Positions 13,029-24,563 of a stretch of DNA of 64,000 nt are shown one piece after another. Under the pieces are notes generated by a model that saw only the letters and a list, made by a program, of their open reading frames with translations, was not told where the DNA came from and made no database searches. How positions within the stretch are numbered: the first letter of the stretch is position 1; each line of letters starts with the position of its first letter. Source of the DNA: Antedon mediterranea (lineage: Eukaryota; Animalia; Echinodermata); contig NC_092672.1 of NCBI RefSeq assembly GCF_964355755.1, positions 7,136,441-7,200,440 of the forward strand. Direction: 5' to 3'. The translations under genes were made by a program, and so were the position numbers.

Positions 13029-14432
13029 TATTTATTCTTTCCTTAGCACTATTTGTCCGTGAATTATCTTGGCATCAGTTTCATCTATCTAAGTCAATTT
13101 TTCAGAGTATATTCCTTATGGCCAGGAATCGAAGTGGTTATGTTTTCACGATGCGCAATCAAAAATTACGCGGTCTACGCGTGATTTAACGAAATCACGT
13201 TTGTAATCATATCTTCACAAGCATGAATCACAATTAAACAAAATTTGGTACTCATAAATTTCAGGTCATATTTCATCATATGGCAATACAATTACGTGCG
13301 TAGCGCATATAACGCATGCGTACGCGCGCTTAAAATGTTGAAAATTGTCAGAATTTATTTTCGATGAAATTAGAGTACGTTTCAGGCAATTTTAAGCGTT
13401 TAAAAAATTGCCATGAGTGCGCAGATTTTTGCACGTGCACTGCGCGTCAAACGTTAATGCGCACTGTTTTTGTCCGATTACTGTTGTATAACCTTTCTTT
13501 AATAATATTATCATATTTTATTCACTTTTCAACGCGAAACAGCGTTATACGAGCACGTCAAATGTGACAGGCTACGCACGTGTAAGTTAACAAAATGGTG
13601 AAAATTTTAAAATTAATATATATCGTTAGGATGCTCGGGAACACCTATTTTTTATTTAATTTTCTTGAAGTGTATGTATCATATGTATGATTTATTATGA
13701 AATTAGAAGAACAAAAGTTGATTAAGTCATCATTAATGGCATATTAAATTTAACAAAATTAATTTCGACAATCAAACAAATTATAACATTTTCTTAGGCC
13801 AAAATAACAAACTTAACATTAACTTTCTTCCTTAAGAAGTTCATATATTAAAGGTAAAAGTATATAGTTTGACAGTGCATCATTTTTTTTCAATTTTTAA
13901 AGATGTCATCATAGTAAAAAATTATAATTCATTGCGGTATGTAATAATCTATCTGCACCAAAGTGGTTACTGCATAGTAAATACACGGAGGAATTTTTCT
14001 CCAACTTTTAGTCAGTTGTGTATGGCTCAATGGTCTGTGCTCGTATCTATGGCATTCAAGGTACCGAGTTCGAGTCTCACCTTGGGAAACGAAATAAGAT
14101 TTTTTTTTTATTATCCGTATTGTTTGTTCAAATTTATTTCTTAGTGTATAGATTATACACATGATTTATAATGAAATCTAGATAAAAATTAACTTATGTC
14201 TTTATTATTATGTAACAACAAATGTGGTTTATGACATTATACGCATATGGATCTTTGATCGGATTGTGATACCGGCTATGGTGTTCGCGTTAGCAAGGTC
14301 CTATCATATATTATAAATAATTAAAGATTCTGACAAAATCAATCAATCAATATATCTTTCAAAAATCAATTATCTTTATTTAAATCAATGCATATAACCT
14401 ATAATTCGTCATAGTGACCAATTAAATCTAGT
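13029..14432 (+). repeat. Unit U9 (R2 family, 1404 bp; last unit, array ends at CTAGTT)
   Basis: Ends aattcgtcatagtgaccaattaaatCTAGTT followed by unrelated sequence ggatattgaaatac. Confidence 0.7.
14007..14110 (+). repeat. tRNA-derived Pol III-like module with T-run in U9
   Basis: Same module. Confidence 0.45.
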
Positions 14433-17117
14433 TGGATATTGAAATACTACTTTCGTTTCAAAATCTTAGTGGTCTTTCAAAGAATATTTATTGTATTTTT
14501 ATACTTTTATTTTCGAATAGAATATGTAGGCCTAGTACGCCACTAACTCGAGGAAGTAACTGCAGGTAATTATCTTTCATTTCAATATTCCCCCATATTA
14601 TTTTTCTACAAAAAAATGTTTCCAAAAATGTTGCTTAGTTTTTTTGAAGTCTTGGAAAGCAGTAGAACACCTGTAGATTGAGGAGAAACTTACAGCATGT
14701 AGCATTGGTACAAAGTCAGTGCCGTGGTACTCCAGATAATAATCCTATGGAGAGAGGTGCTGTGTGTGTGGTTTGAGGATTTGCCTTTCCCTCTTTTCAA
14801 ACTAGATTTCAGCAGTAAAAATGCATGACTCCTCATGACAAACCAACCATGTAAAACCCTACGGGCTTGGACTTAACAATCAGATTATTATAGGTGGGTC
14901 ATGGTTTGAGGGAGGGTATTTTTTTTTTAATTCAAATTTGCTTTAAAACATTTCAGGCACACGTGCACATGTTATGAATGTTGAAAGTAACTAAAACAGT
15001 CGCGCTTTTCAATCGTGAAACACGTCACGTTTGTGTTCACCTCATTTCGAAAGAAACCCCTTAAATAAAAATTACCAAATTGTTAATAAACATTCGGTCT
15101 AAACATGATGCAAAAAAATAAGTAAGTAAGCCGTAATCACATTTCTTAATAAATTGCAGCAATGAATCCCAAAAGCAGACCATATTAACTGAAAGCGGAA
15201 ATTTAACTGTATTTTACGTCGTTATTATAATATGCTGAATAACCATGGGTAAAAAGCATGTACAGTACATTATATAAGCATGTATGATGTTTAACAATTT
15301 ATACACAATCTCACATAATATCTTCCCTTCTATTGTCCCATAGGCATAACTCATATTGTACAAGATAAGTCTATTAAATCCAAAAGTATGTACATACAAT
15401 TTATACTCCATTATGAGTCACTCGATAATTACTTAATGAAATATTTACCGCGAAACCTATTACAATAGTGTTCAATATTTCTTTATTAGGAAGATATAAT
15501 GGACGATTTAAAAACGAAATGTAGGGTTTCATCGGCGGTAAAGTTAGTTCCGGGTTCACGGTGAGTCATCACCTTGCAACTTCACGTGTTCAACTAAGTT
15601 GGCCGTTGGTGGCGATAGCCATTATAGTTGTTTGTTTATTTTCGGACCGCGTTTGAAAGTACATTAGTTAGCAAAATAAAAATTATACTGCAAATTAATA
15701 AAGATCAAATTAAATATATTCATAAAGTATCGGACTATATTGTGGAGAATAATATAAAAAAATACAAAAACAAATTAAATCGGGAGTACTGATGATAAGA
15801 CTTTTTGTTTGAAATCGAGTGAAACCCACTGTTGAGTAAGCTGGCAGGACTGTATAACTATGCGCTACCTGTGTCCCGTTAGGACCCTCTGAAACGTCTC
15901 CCTTCTTAGGACAAATCGCCCCACTGTGTCGCTGAAGTTAGTTTCAAAAGATGTTTAAACTAAATAATGTATTAATTATACTAAGTGGATGGTATTTATT
16001 TGAATAAACTATACGTTAAATTGTTATTAATCTAAGACACTGTGAAACATTGACAACATCAAGCATTTCAATAATGGTAACCGACCGAAAACGTCCAAGC
16101 CAAGACTTCCTTCTAAAACCTTTTTACCCGAGTCATTATCAGTCCGAGAACCATCGTCTACACTTCCATCAAAGTTAAGTTATAGCATGAAGCAATGGTT
16201 ATTCATTCATTCACTATTATTGCCATAAATAAACGACAAGAAAAAAAAACAGATAACACCAACTTATAAAATGGCGATATGAGGTTATTGGGTTGATAAA
16301 ACTGATTCTGTGTCTTTATTATAGGCCTATGGTAATTTATTTTGGTTTGTTGTAATTTATCAAAATCTCTTCTTAATTCGGTTCCTAACCGATTAACAAC
16401 CAATAATGCTTGTAATAATTTATAATTATTAATCAGAAATTGATTACTGTGTACATGCATACGTTCAAAATTAATGAAATTAACACTTCACTGCATTATA
16501 TCACAACTTATGAAATAATGTTTACAATAGCATTTTTGTTTGCGGTGTGTCAAGACCGGAATTCAGGTTTTATTTTCTGTGTGTGCTGAGAATTGAAATC
16601 AGAGGGAGTAATGTCTACTCTGATCATCGATTCTGCAGCTGTCATTTGATAAGCTTAACTGACTATCGCAAGTCATCTAGTCACTAGTATGGTGTATTAC
16701 GTAATTTTAATACATGTTATATGTTTGATGGACGGCCATTGTCTTATAATATCCAAGCGCAAAGACCATATTATTCTAAAATAAACTTATTCTGAATAGC
16801 TACATATTACGATAAAGTTACTTGTTTCTCCACAGAACTGTAATGGCAGCTTACCGTCACGCTATAAAGTTGATTATGCTGTTTACAACTATAACCTCAA
16901 GTGCTAGCAATGGTTCGTGTGTTATTTCTATACCTTTTTCAAAAGAGATCCTATACATCATCATCATCATCAAGTAGCATAATTGTGAAACCTTGATGGA
17001 TTATTTGTAATATACCCTGCTTACTACATTCATTCTTTCTTTGAGATCCAAGAAACATTTATTATATATGGCCTTTGGCCCAAATAATATACAATGTAAT
17101 ACAATATTAAATAAATA

Positions 17118-17831
17118 TCAGTTGAGTGCGTTTAAAAATTCTGTTCTACGTTTAAATGAAAAAAATAAATATTTTCCAAGTTTAACAATAAGATCAGAAT
17201 TTGTGGCAGACATAAGATAAATATATTTTAATTTAGTTGGGTTGTTTGTATAAAAGGAAAACATATATTTAGTTCTAATATCTGAATAAAATGGACAAAC
17301 TAAAGTGAAATGATATTCATCTTCAATTGATTGTAAAGCACATAATTTGCATAATCTTTCATTTCTATTTATACAATTCCATCTTCCTTTTTCAATTTCT
17401 AATTCTAAAATTCCTAGTCGTATCTTAGTCATAATTTGTCTATGTTTGTAATTTGTTACTTTTGTTAGATATTCTTCAATTCCAAACTTATATTTAATGT
17501 GCTTGTAATATTGGAGCTTAGAGTGTAGCCTAGTATCTTCGTAGAATTTCTTTCGTTCAATGTCTGTAAGCCTTTGTTTAAAATTTGAAATAAAAGTATA
17601 TATATTATTAACCTGTTGTGAGTACCATATGTTACCAAATCCATTTATGCATAGTATTTGTTTTACGTCATTGGCCCAACATTGCTCATTTCTTTGAGCT
17701 TTTCTATATTGAAAATCATAACATTGTTTAATAAATTTGTCATTATCCATTTGGATTACTCTTAGCCAATAACGAATTATATTAATGATAATTTGAATTT
17801 GGATAGTGAATCTTCCACATTCTCCTCTCAC
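17118..17831 (-). pseudogene. LINE ORF2 C-terminal fragment with CCHC motif
   Basis: ...GILELEIEKGRW...CKLCALQSIEDEYHFTLVCPFY (CX2CX10HX5C). Confidence 0.55.
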
Positions 17832-17849
17832 TGCAACACTTGGTGCAGA

Positions 17850-18645
17850 ATTACCTATAATAATAATAATAATAAATGAAAACTTATATAGCGCCGGTAT
17901 CCTCCACCCATGTGGCGCTCATGGCGCTTTGTGCATTAACAACGTGCGAGAACATCAGCGAATAGCGACGTCTTTAGGTTGGTCTTGAAACTGTTTAGAC
18001 TAGTTGAGCATTTAACTGTTGCTGGTAAGCTGTTCCATACACTTGCGGCCGCAACGTAAAAAGATCTCTGACCCCACTGATTTTTCGCTCTACGCTCTTG
18101 AAGAAGGTTTTGTGACAATGATCGTAGGCCTCTGCGGGATGATTCGTAACGATCCACAAGGTCAGATAAATAAGCAGGAGCACTGTCATTTAGGATCTTG
18201 AATACAAACAACGCAAGTTTGTACTTAATACGTTGTTGAACAGGCAACCAATGCAAATCCATCAGGACAGGAGTTATGTGAGCGTTTGATTTTGTATAAG
18301 TTACAATTCTAGCTGCCATATTTTGCAAGCGCTGCAAACGTTGTATTTGAGATTTTGGTATGCCAAACAACAAGGCATTACCAATGTCAATTTTAGAAGT
18401 GACAAATGAGTGTACAATCAATTCAGCTGTTTTCTTGTTAAGATTACCGCGAATACGACCAAGGTTCCTAATCGATATGCATGCTGCTTTGGATACAGTT
18501 GTTATTTGTGCTTCCATAGTGAGATTACTATCCAGCATGATTCCCGGATTCCGGACCACCGATGAGGGAGCGATGTTAGAGTTTCCGATTCTGATATGTG
18601 TGATGTTGATTTTGGAGATGTTACATTTAGACCCGACGATAATAA
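17850..18645 (-). mobile_element. Nested 5'-truncated CR1/L2-clade LINE 3' fragment with (ATT)n tail, inserted inside the L1-like element
   Basis: ORF 17936..18559(-) carries the CR1/L2 C-terminal signature (...LQRLQNMAARIVT...HITPVLMDLHWLPV...RIKYKLALFVFK...APAYLSDL...RGLRS...RSFYVAAASVWNSLP...FKTNLKTSLF); plus strand shows (aat)n aaatgaaaacttatatagcgcc at 17855-17890, i.e. the element tail. Confidence 0.6.
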
Positions 18646-19334
18646 ATTCCTAGAATGTATTTACAGAATCTTAGATGAACTTTCTCTAATACTGATATAT
18701 CATTTAAACCCCATATTTCGCTACCATAAAGTAAGATTGGCATAATCTTAACATCAAATATATGGTTCCATATATTAACTTGGAGGTTACCAAAACGCCT
18801 ATGGGTCAATCCTTTTAATGTGAACAAAGCCTTATTAGCTTGTTGACAATTGTATTTTTTGGCTTTATTCCAATTACCATTTGAGTTGAAAACAACTCCT
18901 AAATATTTAAAGGATTTGACAATGTCAACTGTATTTCCATTGTAATTCCATTTTTCAAATTTGTTAAGATTACCACCATTCTTAAACACCATAATATTAC
19001 TCTTGTTAACATTGACAGTTACATCCCATCTTGTACAATAGGTAGATAACTTGTTTAAATAATATTGTAGACCATAAACGGTATCACCAAATAACATAAG
19101 GTCATCTGCATAGAGTAAATGATTAATTTTTAGATTTCCTATTTGGATTCTATGCTCGTCGCCTTCCTCATTTAATGTTTCACTCAAATCATTAATAAAA
19201 ACATTAAATAAAAAGGACAAGAGTGGCGAACCCTGTTGTATACCTATTAGACATTTGAAAGAATTACTAATGTTGCCGTCGACCTTAACATGTGCTGATA
19301 ACTTATTGTACATTGAATTAATAACGTTTAACAT
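18627..19334 (-). pseudogene. LINE ORF2 RT core fragment (domains 4-7, YADD)
   Basis: GIQQGSPLSFLFN ... LLYADDLMLFG ... KYLGVVF ... LLYGSEIWG. Confidence 0.65.
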
Positions 19335-19384
19335 TTTTCCTTTTACTCCTGAATTTTTTAGTTTTATGTGAAGATATTGATGTC

Positions 19385-21301
19385 CTACGGAGTCAAAGGC
19401 TCGTTTAAAATCAATGAAAGCAACAAATACTTTCCCACGTTTTTTCCTAGGTATTTATTAATGATTGTGTTAAGAATAAATACATTTTCCGATGTTCTGA
19501 ACCCCTTTCTAAAACCGGCTTGTTCCTGATGTAGAATGTTATTATCTTCTGCCCAAAATTGTAATCTTTTATTAATAATATGTAAGAAAATTTTAGCAAA
19601 AACAGGAATAAGTGATATTCCTCTATAATTCTCTGGTTGTTCTTTGTCACCTTTTTTAAATATTGGGACAATAAGACTGGTTGCCCATTGCTGTGGAAAC
19701 TGTCCTGTATTATAAATTATATTATATAATTTTGTTATTAGATTGATTACATTTTGAGATGAGTGTATAAAAAGTTCTGGTAATAATCCATCGATTCCAG
19801 GTGATTTACCTGTTTTTTGGGATTTAATGGCATGAATTACCTCATCTACTGTAATGTCATTATTTAGGTTAGGTTCGTTTTCATTTACAGCAGGTTCATC
19901 ATTAATGATACTTTCTACATTTTGATTATCTCTATTTTCATTATTATGAAATAAGGATTCGAAGTGAGTGCGCCATGTATTAATACATATGTTACTTGGA
20001 AAATTTGGTTTTGTTTGTTTTAGTTTAATCCAGAATGATTTGGAGTTTTTTTCTCCTAATGATCTAATCAATTCTGTACGTGATCTTTTAATATAGCTGT
20101 ATTTCTTATTTTTTATTAATGTTTTATATTCTTTTTTTATTTCCAGGTATGCATTAAGCAATGTTTGTGTACGATTGTGTCGGAATCTATTTAAACTTCT
20201 TCGAACTTTGTTTTTAAGTGCAAGACATTGATTGTCATACCACGTGTCTTTAGCTTTAGTTGTTTTATTGTTGGATTTCCTATGGATAATTCCTTTACAT
20301 GCATATTCATACAATCTACCTACAGTTGAAACAGCTTCATCAATTAGGTTATCATTAATCAAGTTAGTTATTTCATTTTTAAGTTCATCGATTTTATTAT
20401 GCTGTAATCTTAATTTAAATGTTTCAGTATATGTTTCTGACCAATTGAATTTAGTTTGTTTGGGACAATTTTCAATATTTAATTTTTTTATTTTTATATT
20501 ATCTTTAGTTAGTAGGCCTAATTGAAACGTAATTGGCATATGATCAGATTCTATTCTATTTTCTACTTTCAAATCTGCTATGTACCTGAAGTTATCAGCT
20601 TTTGTCAATATATAATCGACTACGCTTTTGCCTTGTTGTCCTATGAAAGTGTAGCTTTTACTATACATTGGGTTAATTCTGCCAGTAGCAATTCTTACAT
20701 TCGTTTCTTTACAAAAATTGAGAAGATCTATGCCATAATTATTCGTGACGTCATCTTCATTAATTCTAATTGTTACATTATCTTCATCATCTTCAATATA
20801 TAATTCGTTATCCCAATCTATTGGGCATACATCGTTGTTGACATAATCCAATAAATCTCCTGTTTTACCATTGAAGTCTCCAACAATGAATATTTGATTT
20901 TTATTATTATATTTATATAAATATTCAGCGTATTCGTTTGTAAGTATTTCATATAAATTGTTATTATTAGCATATGGGGAGTGTTGTGGTGGTCTGTAAA
21001 CTACAGCCATTATTATAGAATCGTTCTCCGTTTTGATTCGTAACCACATAATATACTTAGATAAGCTAGGTAATTCTTTAACTTTGATATTAGTTTTATA
21101 ATATATCATAATTCCACCTGTATTTCTACCACGGTGTTGTAACTTTTCTTGCATTTTACTTATACAATTATATCCCTTAATATAGTAGTCATCACTAAAA
21201 GTTGTCCAAGTTTCAACCAAACATATTACATCGAAATCACAAATAAATTTTATAAATTCACAATCACTAAAATTACTTTTTAAACCATTTATATTCCACA
21301 C
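19385..21301 (-). pseudogene. LINE ORF2 N-terminal part: APE-type endonuclease + RT fingers/palm
   Basis: MWNINGLKS... (APE EN), ...FIVGDFNGKTG..., RT motifs ...PGIDGL...; interrupted downstream. Confidence 0.65.
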
Positions 21302-21610
21302 AATAGTCTTTAAAGAGGTGGACGTGTAAATACTTTTACTTATATTTTTATTTGTAACATTGGTATATATATTGTTATTATTGACGTTGTTATTCCTATT
21401 ATTAACGTCGGCGTTTATGTTATCGTTATCTATACCATTAGTTTGACCATTATTAGTTGTATTGTCAATATTTTCTTTTTCATGATTTTCGTTATTATTC
21501 TCACCTTTATTATTATTATTATTGTCATTTACGTCATTATCAACAATTGTACCAATAATATTATTACATTTGTTGTTTATTTGATATGTGTTTGGGCCAT
21601 GGCCGGACCC

Positions 21611-22267
21611 CTATCTAGGTTTATATCTACTATACTTAACTACTTTATCATTATCTATATCATATGTAAAAGTTTCGTCATCAATAATGAGTTTATCGTA
21701 TCTTATTTTGAACGGTTTTCCGCTTTTAATAGCTTCATCTATTTTTGGTTGTAAATTTTTTCTGATCTTACGAACTCTTGCTGTGTAATCTTCGCTGATA
21801 GTAATTTGTTTCCTTCTTTCACCCCGGTCTTCATTTTTGTTCATTTTTCGACGTTGTGTTCTACTTGCTTTTAGAACATTTTCTTTAGTTTTGTAATCTT
21901 TGAATTTCACAATGATCGGTCTCGGTTTAAATCTTGCGTTGAGCCTATGTGCCCTCTCAATCTCAATATTCTCCCCACCAATACCGAGATCATTTGTAAA
22001 GTGTTCTTTTACTTTCTTCTCACTCTGATCCCAATTCTCATGTTCGCTATCTACCACTCCATATACTATTAAGTTGTTACGTCTGCTTTGACCTTCAATT
22101 TTGTCTATATGTTTGATTAATTGTAAGTTCATTGTTTTAAGTTGTTGATTTTCTTCTTCTATTATTGTCATTCTTTCGTTTAGTGAGTCCATGTTGCTAT
22201 TTAGTGTATCAATTTTTTCTTTTACGCTTTTAACATCTCCTGAAATGTCATCCATTTTCTTATTCAA
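21611..22267 (-). CDS. LINE ORF1 (coiled-coil + L1 ORF1/Transposase_22-like RRM region)
   Basis: ...RRNNLIVYGV...IEIERAHRL...RPIIVKFKDYKTKENVLKASR matches L1 ORF1p core pattern. Confidence 0.65.
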   Translation of the reverse strand: MNKKMDDISGDVKSVKEKIDTLNSNMDSLNERMTIIEEENQQLKTMNLQLIKHIDKIEGQSRRNNLIVYGVVDSEHENWDQSEKKVKEHFTNDLGIGGENIEIERAHRLNARFKPRPIIVKFKDYKTKENVLKASRTQRRKMNKNEDRGERRKQITISEDYTARVRKIRKNLQPKIDEAIKSGKPFKIRYDKLIIDDETFTYDIDNDKVVKYSRYKPR

Positions 22268-22409
22268 ATTTCGTGTTCATTGTTTGTAGTTGTATTAATA
22301 TATTTTGTATTGAAGGTTCATTTCCTCCCGCATTCAGCGCAACTTGTGTTGTTGCGTCTTCCGTTGTGGGTTTACCAGTAAGTTCATCCAATGTAGCTTG
22401 TCTAGTGTA

Positions 22410-22457
22410 AACTGGACCTGGATTGCTTTCGATATCGCCGGCCAAAAAAAGTAACAA
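22410..22457 (-). other. 2A-like ribosome-skipping peptide motif (LLFLAGDIESNPGP) at the N-terminus of the LINE ORF1 region
   Basis: ORF 22260..22457(-) begins MLLFLAGDIESNPGPV = D(V/I)ExNPGP 2A consensus; different frame from ORF1, so frameshifted in this copy. Confidence 0.55.
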
Positions 22458-23395
22458 GCATAACGCAGATAGTCGTAGTGTAGGCCTAGTTCTAATGACT
22501 GCACCTAAAGAACCATGACATTTTATGCGCTTTTGTTTATTTCGTTTTCCTCTCCAATATAGTCCTATTCTTAACCGGTAATTATCAATGTCAATCCTAT
22601 TGATGTAGGAGTTTAAGTGTGATTAGACGTGTAGTTATGTAAGCCAGTGCGTGCTATGTTGAGGTATTGTAGAACCAGAAGCAACTGGTTTCGGTAATGT
22701 GACGTGGCGTTTTTTGATCAAGTCCGGTCATGTGACTTGAAAATTCCGTTGAAGGGCGATATTTATACTGAAGTTATAGATTAAGTTAATGTAACGAAAA
22801 TTTATAAAGTGAAATTGATATAACTTGTGGTATTTACTATTGAGTTATTACAATAAACCAAACAAAAGCAACTTATCTTGGTTTGACAGGCCTATGTCGT
22901 GGGCCTGCCGCTTAACAGCTGCTCTGGAATGTCGCCATGAGTTATGTTAATCCAACAAGTAAAAAAATCAGTTCCAATCGGTGTTTAAAAATCCCGCCGC
23001 TTAATTGCGGCTTACACAGGTAGTTTACAGTAGCTGTATATAACGTTAAATGTAGTTTCCGATGAGAAGGCTGTATAAAAAACGGTTGTCGTAGGCCTAG
23101 CATATTGATACTAGTGTACAGCGGAAAACATCGGGGTGTCGTGTTGAGATAGTATGAATAGACCGGGCTAGGGAGCACCGAACAAACACGTCTTCACTCG
23201 ACCGCACTCACTCACGTAGCCTACTACGTTAATTGTTATAATTCAGTGAAAGTTAGACAGATTTATGTGATAGACCTAAGTTCTTCGTCTTCTTCTTCTT
23301 TTCTTCTTCATGATTTAACAGTCCACTACAGGATATCGCTCCTCCAAATCTCTCCATTTACTTTTCTCTTTTGCTATTCTGAACCAGTTGTTTTC

Positions 23396-23421
23396 TCATG
23401 TCATGTCATGTCATGTCATCT
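23396..23421. repeat. (ATGTC)5 microsatellite
   Basis: catgtcatgtcatgtcatgtcatc. Confidence 0.8.
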
Positions 23422-23725
23422 CCATCTCCCTTTGAGTTTGCTTCTTTTCCTTTTCGCTATCCTTGTCTGCCAAACTGTATAGTCCTGCTTGTCCACATGT
23501 TTTTGCTTGAAGTAGATCTCTGTTTATTATATCTTTCCTTTTGCATGGTACCTTGTTCATTATTGTTATGCCAAGTATTTTCCGTTCTATTGCATACTGG
23601 GTTGATCTTAACTTATCCTTCTTCTCAGTAAGTCTCAAAGTTGAAAAGAAGAGAAAGAAGAAGGTTATTACACACTTCATCTAAATTATAGTGAATGGAG
23701 TAATATTATAGAAAAATGTGATCTA

Positions 23726-24317
23726 ATGCAAGGCTCTTCGGTTTATTTCAGATTCAACCTTGTATCCCGATCCAACTTTGTACCCAGATTCAACCTCGTA
23801 TCCAGATACAACCTTATATCCAGTTTCAACTTCATATCCACATTCGACCTTTTATCCAGATACAACCTCATATCAAGATTCAATCTCATATCCAGATACA
23901 ACATCATATCCAGATACAACCTCGTATCCAGATACAACCTCAAATCAACATTCAACATCATATCTAGATACAACCTCGTATTCAAATTCAATCTCAAAGC
24001 CAGATTCAACCTCATATCTAGATTCAATCTCACATCTAGATACAACCTCGTATCCAGATTCAACCTCGTATCCAGATACAACCTTATATCCAGATACAAC
24101 CTCATATCAAGATCCAATATCATATCCAGATACAACATCATATCCAGATACAACCTCATATCCAGATACAACCTCAAATCCTCATACAACTTCATATCCA
24201 GATTCAATCTCATATCTAGATACAACTTGGTATCCAGATTCAAACTCATATCCAGATTCACCCTGGTATCTAGATCCAAGCTCATATTCAATATTTTCTT
24301 CAGAATATTATTACTCT
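23726..24317. repeat. 18-bp minisatellite (~33 copies, consensus tatccagatacaacctca)
   Basis: Direct reading; unit is a multiple of 3 and lacks stops, so all six frames appear open (ORFs 23726..24379, 23760..24398, 23743..24291 are repeat artefacts). Confidence 0.9.

Positions 24318-24361
<44 letters not shown>
24318..24361. repeat. (TAC)n microsatellite (~14 copies)
   Basis: tactactactac... directly after the minisatellite. Confidence 0.9.
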
Positions 24362-24362
<1 letters not shown>

Positions 24363-24563
24363 GAATATTTGTATTGTGAGTTTAACGAATATTATTGATT
24401 TTTTTTTCAGCTATTTGTTTAATAAGTATCAACAATTATGATTACAAGCAAATATACCTGTCCTGGGATGGGTTTCAAATAATATAGTTTTACATTCATT
24501 TTAGAAAAAATGTATAGATTATTTAGACCAGTTGTCATAATCACATTGTAATCTATTTTCCAG

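Larger units (their letters stand above)
1..14432 (+). repeat. Head-to-tail tandem array of 10 units (two related families R1 ~1.52-1.64 kb and R2 ~1.40-1.42 kb); each unit ends with palindrome + CTAGTT; Helitron/Helentron-like non-autonomous elements or a derived complex satellite
   Basis: Recurrent unit ends ...cgtcaNNNtgacg...CTAGTT at 1036-1041, 2560-2565, 4131-4136, 5544-5549, 6966-6971, 8387-8392, 10024-10029, 11604-11609, 13023-13028, 14427-14432; array stops exactly after the last CTAGTT; shared core (gcgcgcacgcgc...tacgagcacgtc) between the two families. Confidence 0.75.
16950..22500 (-). mobile_element. Degenerate L1-like non-LTR retrotransposon (ORF1 + APE-EN/RT/CCHC ORF2), frameshifted; boundaries approximate
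   Basis: Minus-strand ORF1 with coiled-coil + Transposase_22-like core; ORF2 pieces with APE endonuclease, RT (YADD) and C-terminal CX2CX10HX5C; possible (TGA)n tail as catcatcatcatcatca at ~16953-16970. Confidence 0.6.

Noticed and set aside
1016-14162. Dozens of 60-95 aa ORFs recurring in every repeat unit (e.g. 1398..1586, 2961..3149, 5890..6093, 11946..12149)
   Set aside because: Same short ORFs recur because the DNA is repeated. No homology, and variable frames between copies. Treated as non-coding repeat.
1-14432. Regularly spaced direct repeats resembling a CRISPR array
   Set aside because: Units are 1.4-1.6 kb with no short spacer/repeat alternation. Eukaryotic context.
17806-18201. 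Plus-strand ORFs 17806..17988 and 18019..18201 and minus ORF 17995..18189
   Set aside because: Overlap the antisense or alternative frames of the nested CR1/L2-like RT fragment.
22500-23700. Possible first (signal-peptide) exon of the receptor, e.g. hydrophobic ORF 23398..23631 ending at a GTAAGT
   Set aside because: Frame/phase does not connect to the phase-1 acceptor at 24563 with any in-frame ATG. Left unresolved rather than annotated.
23726-24398. Three long overlapping ORFs (217, 212 and 182 aa) over the 18-bp repeat
   Set aside because: Artefacts of a stop-free 18-bp tandem unit; all frames on both strands are open. No start context or splice logic.
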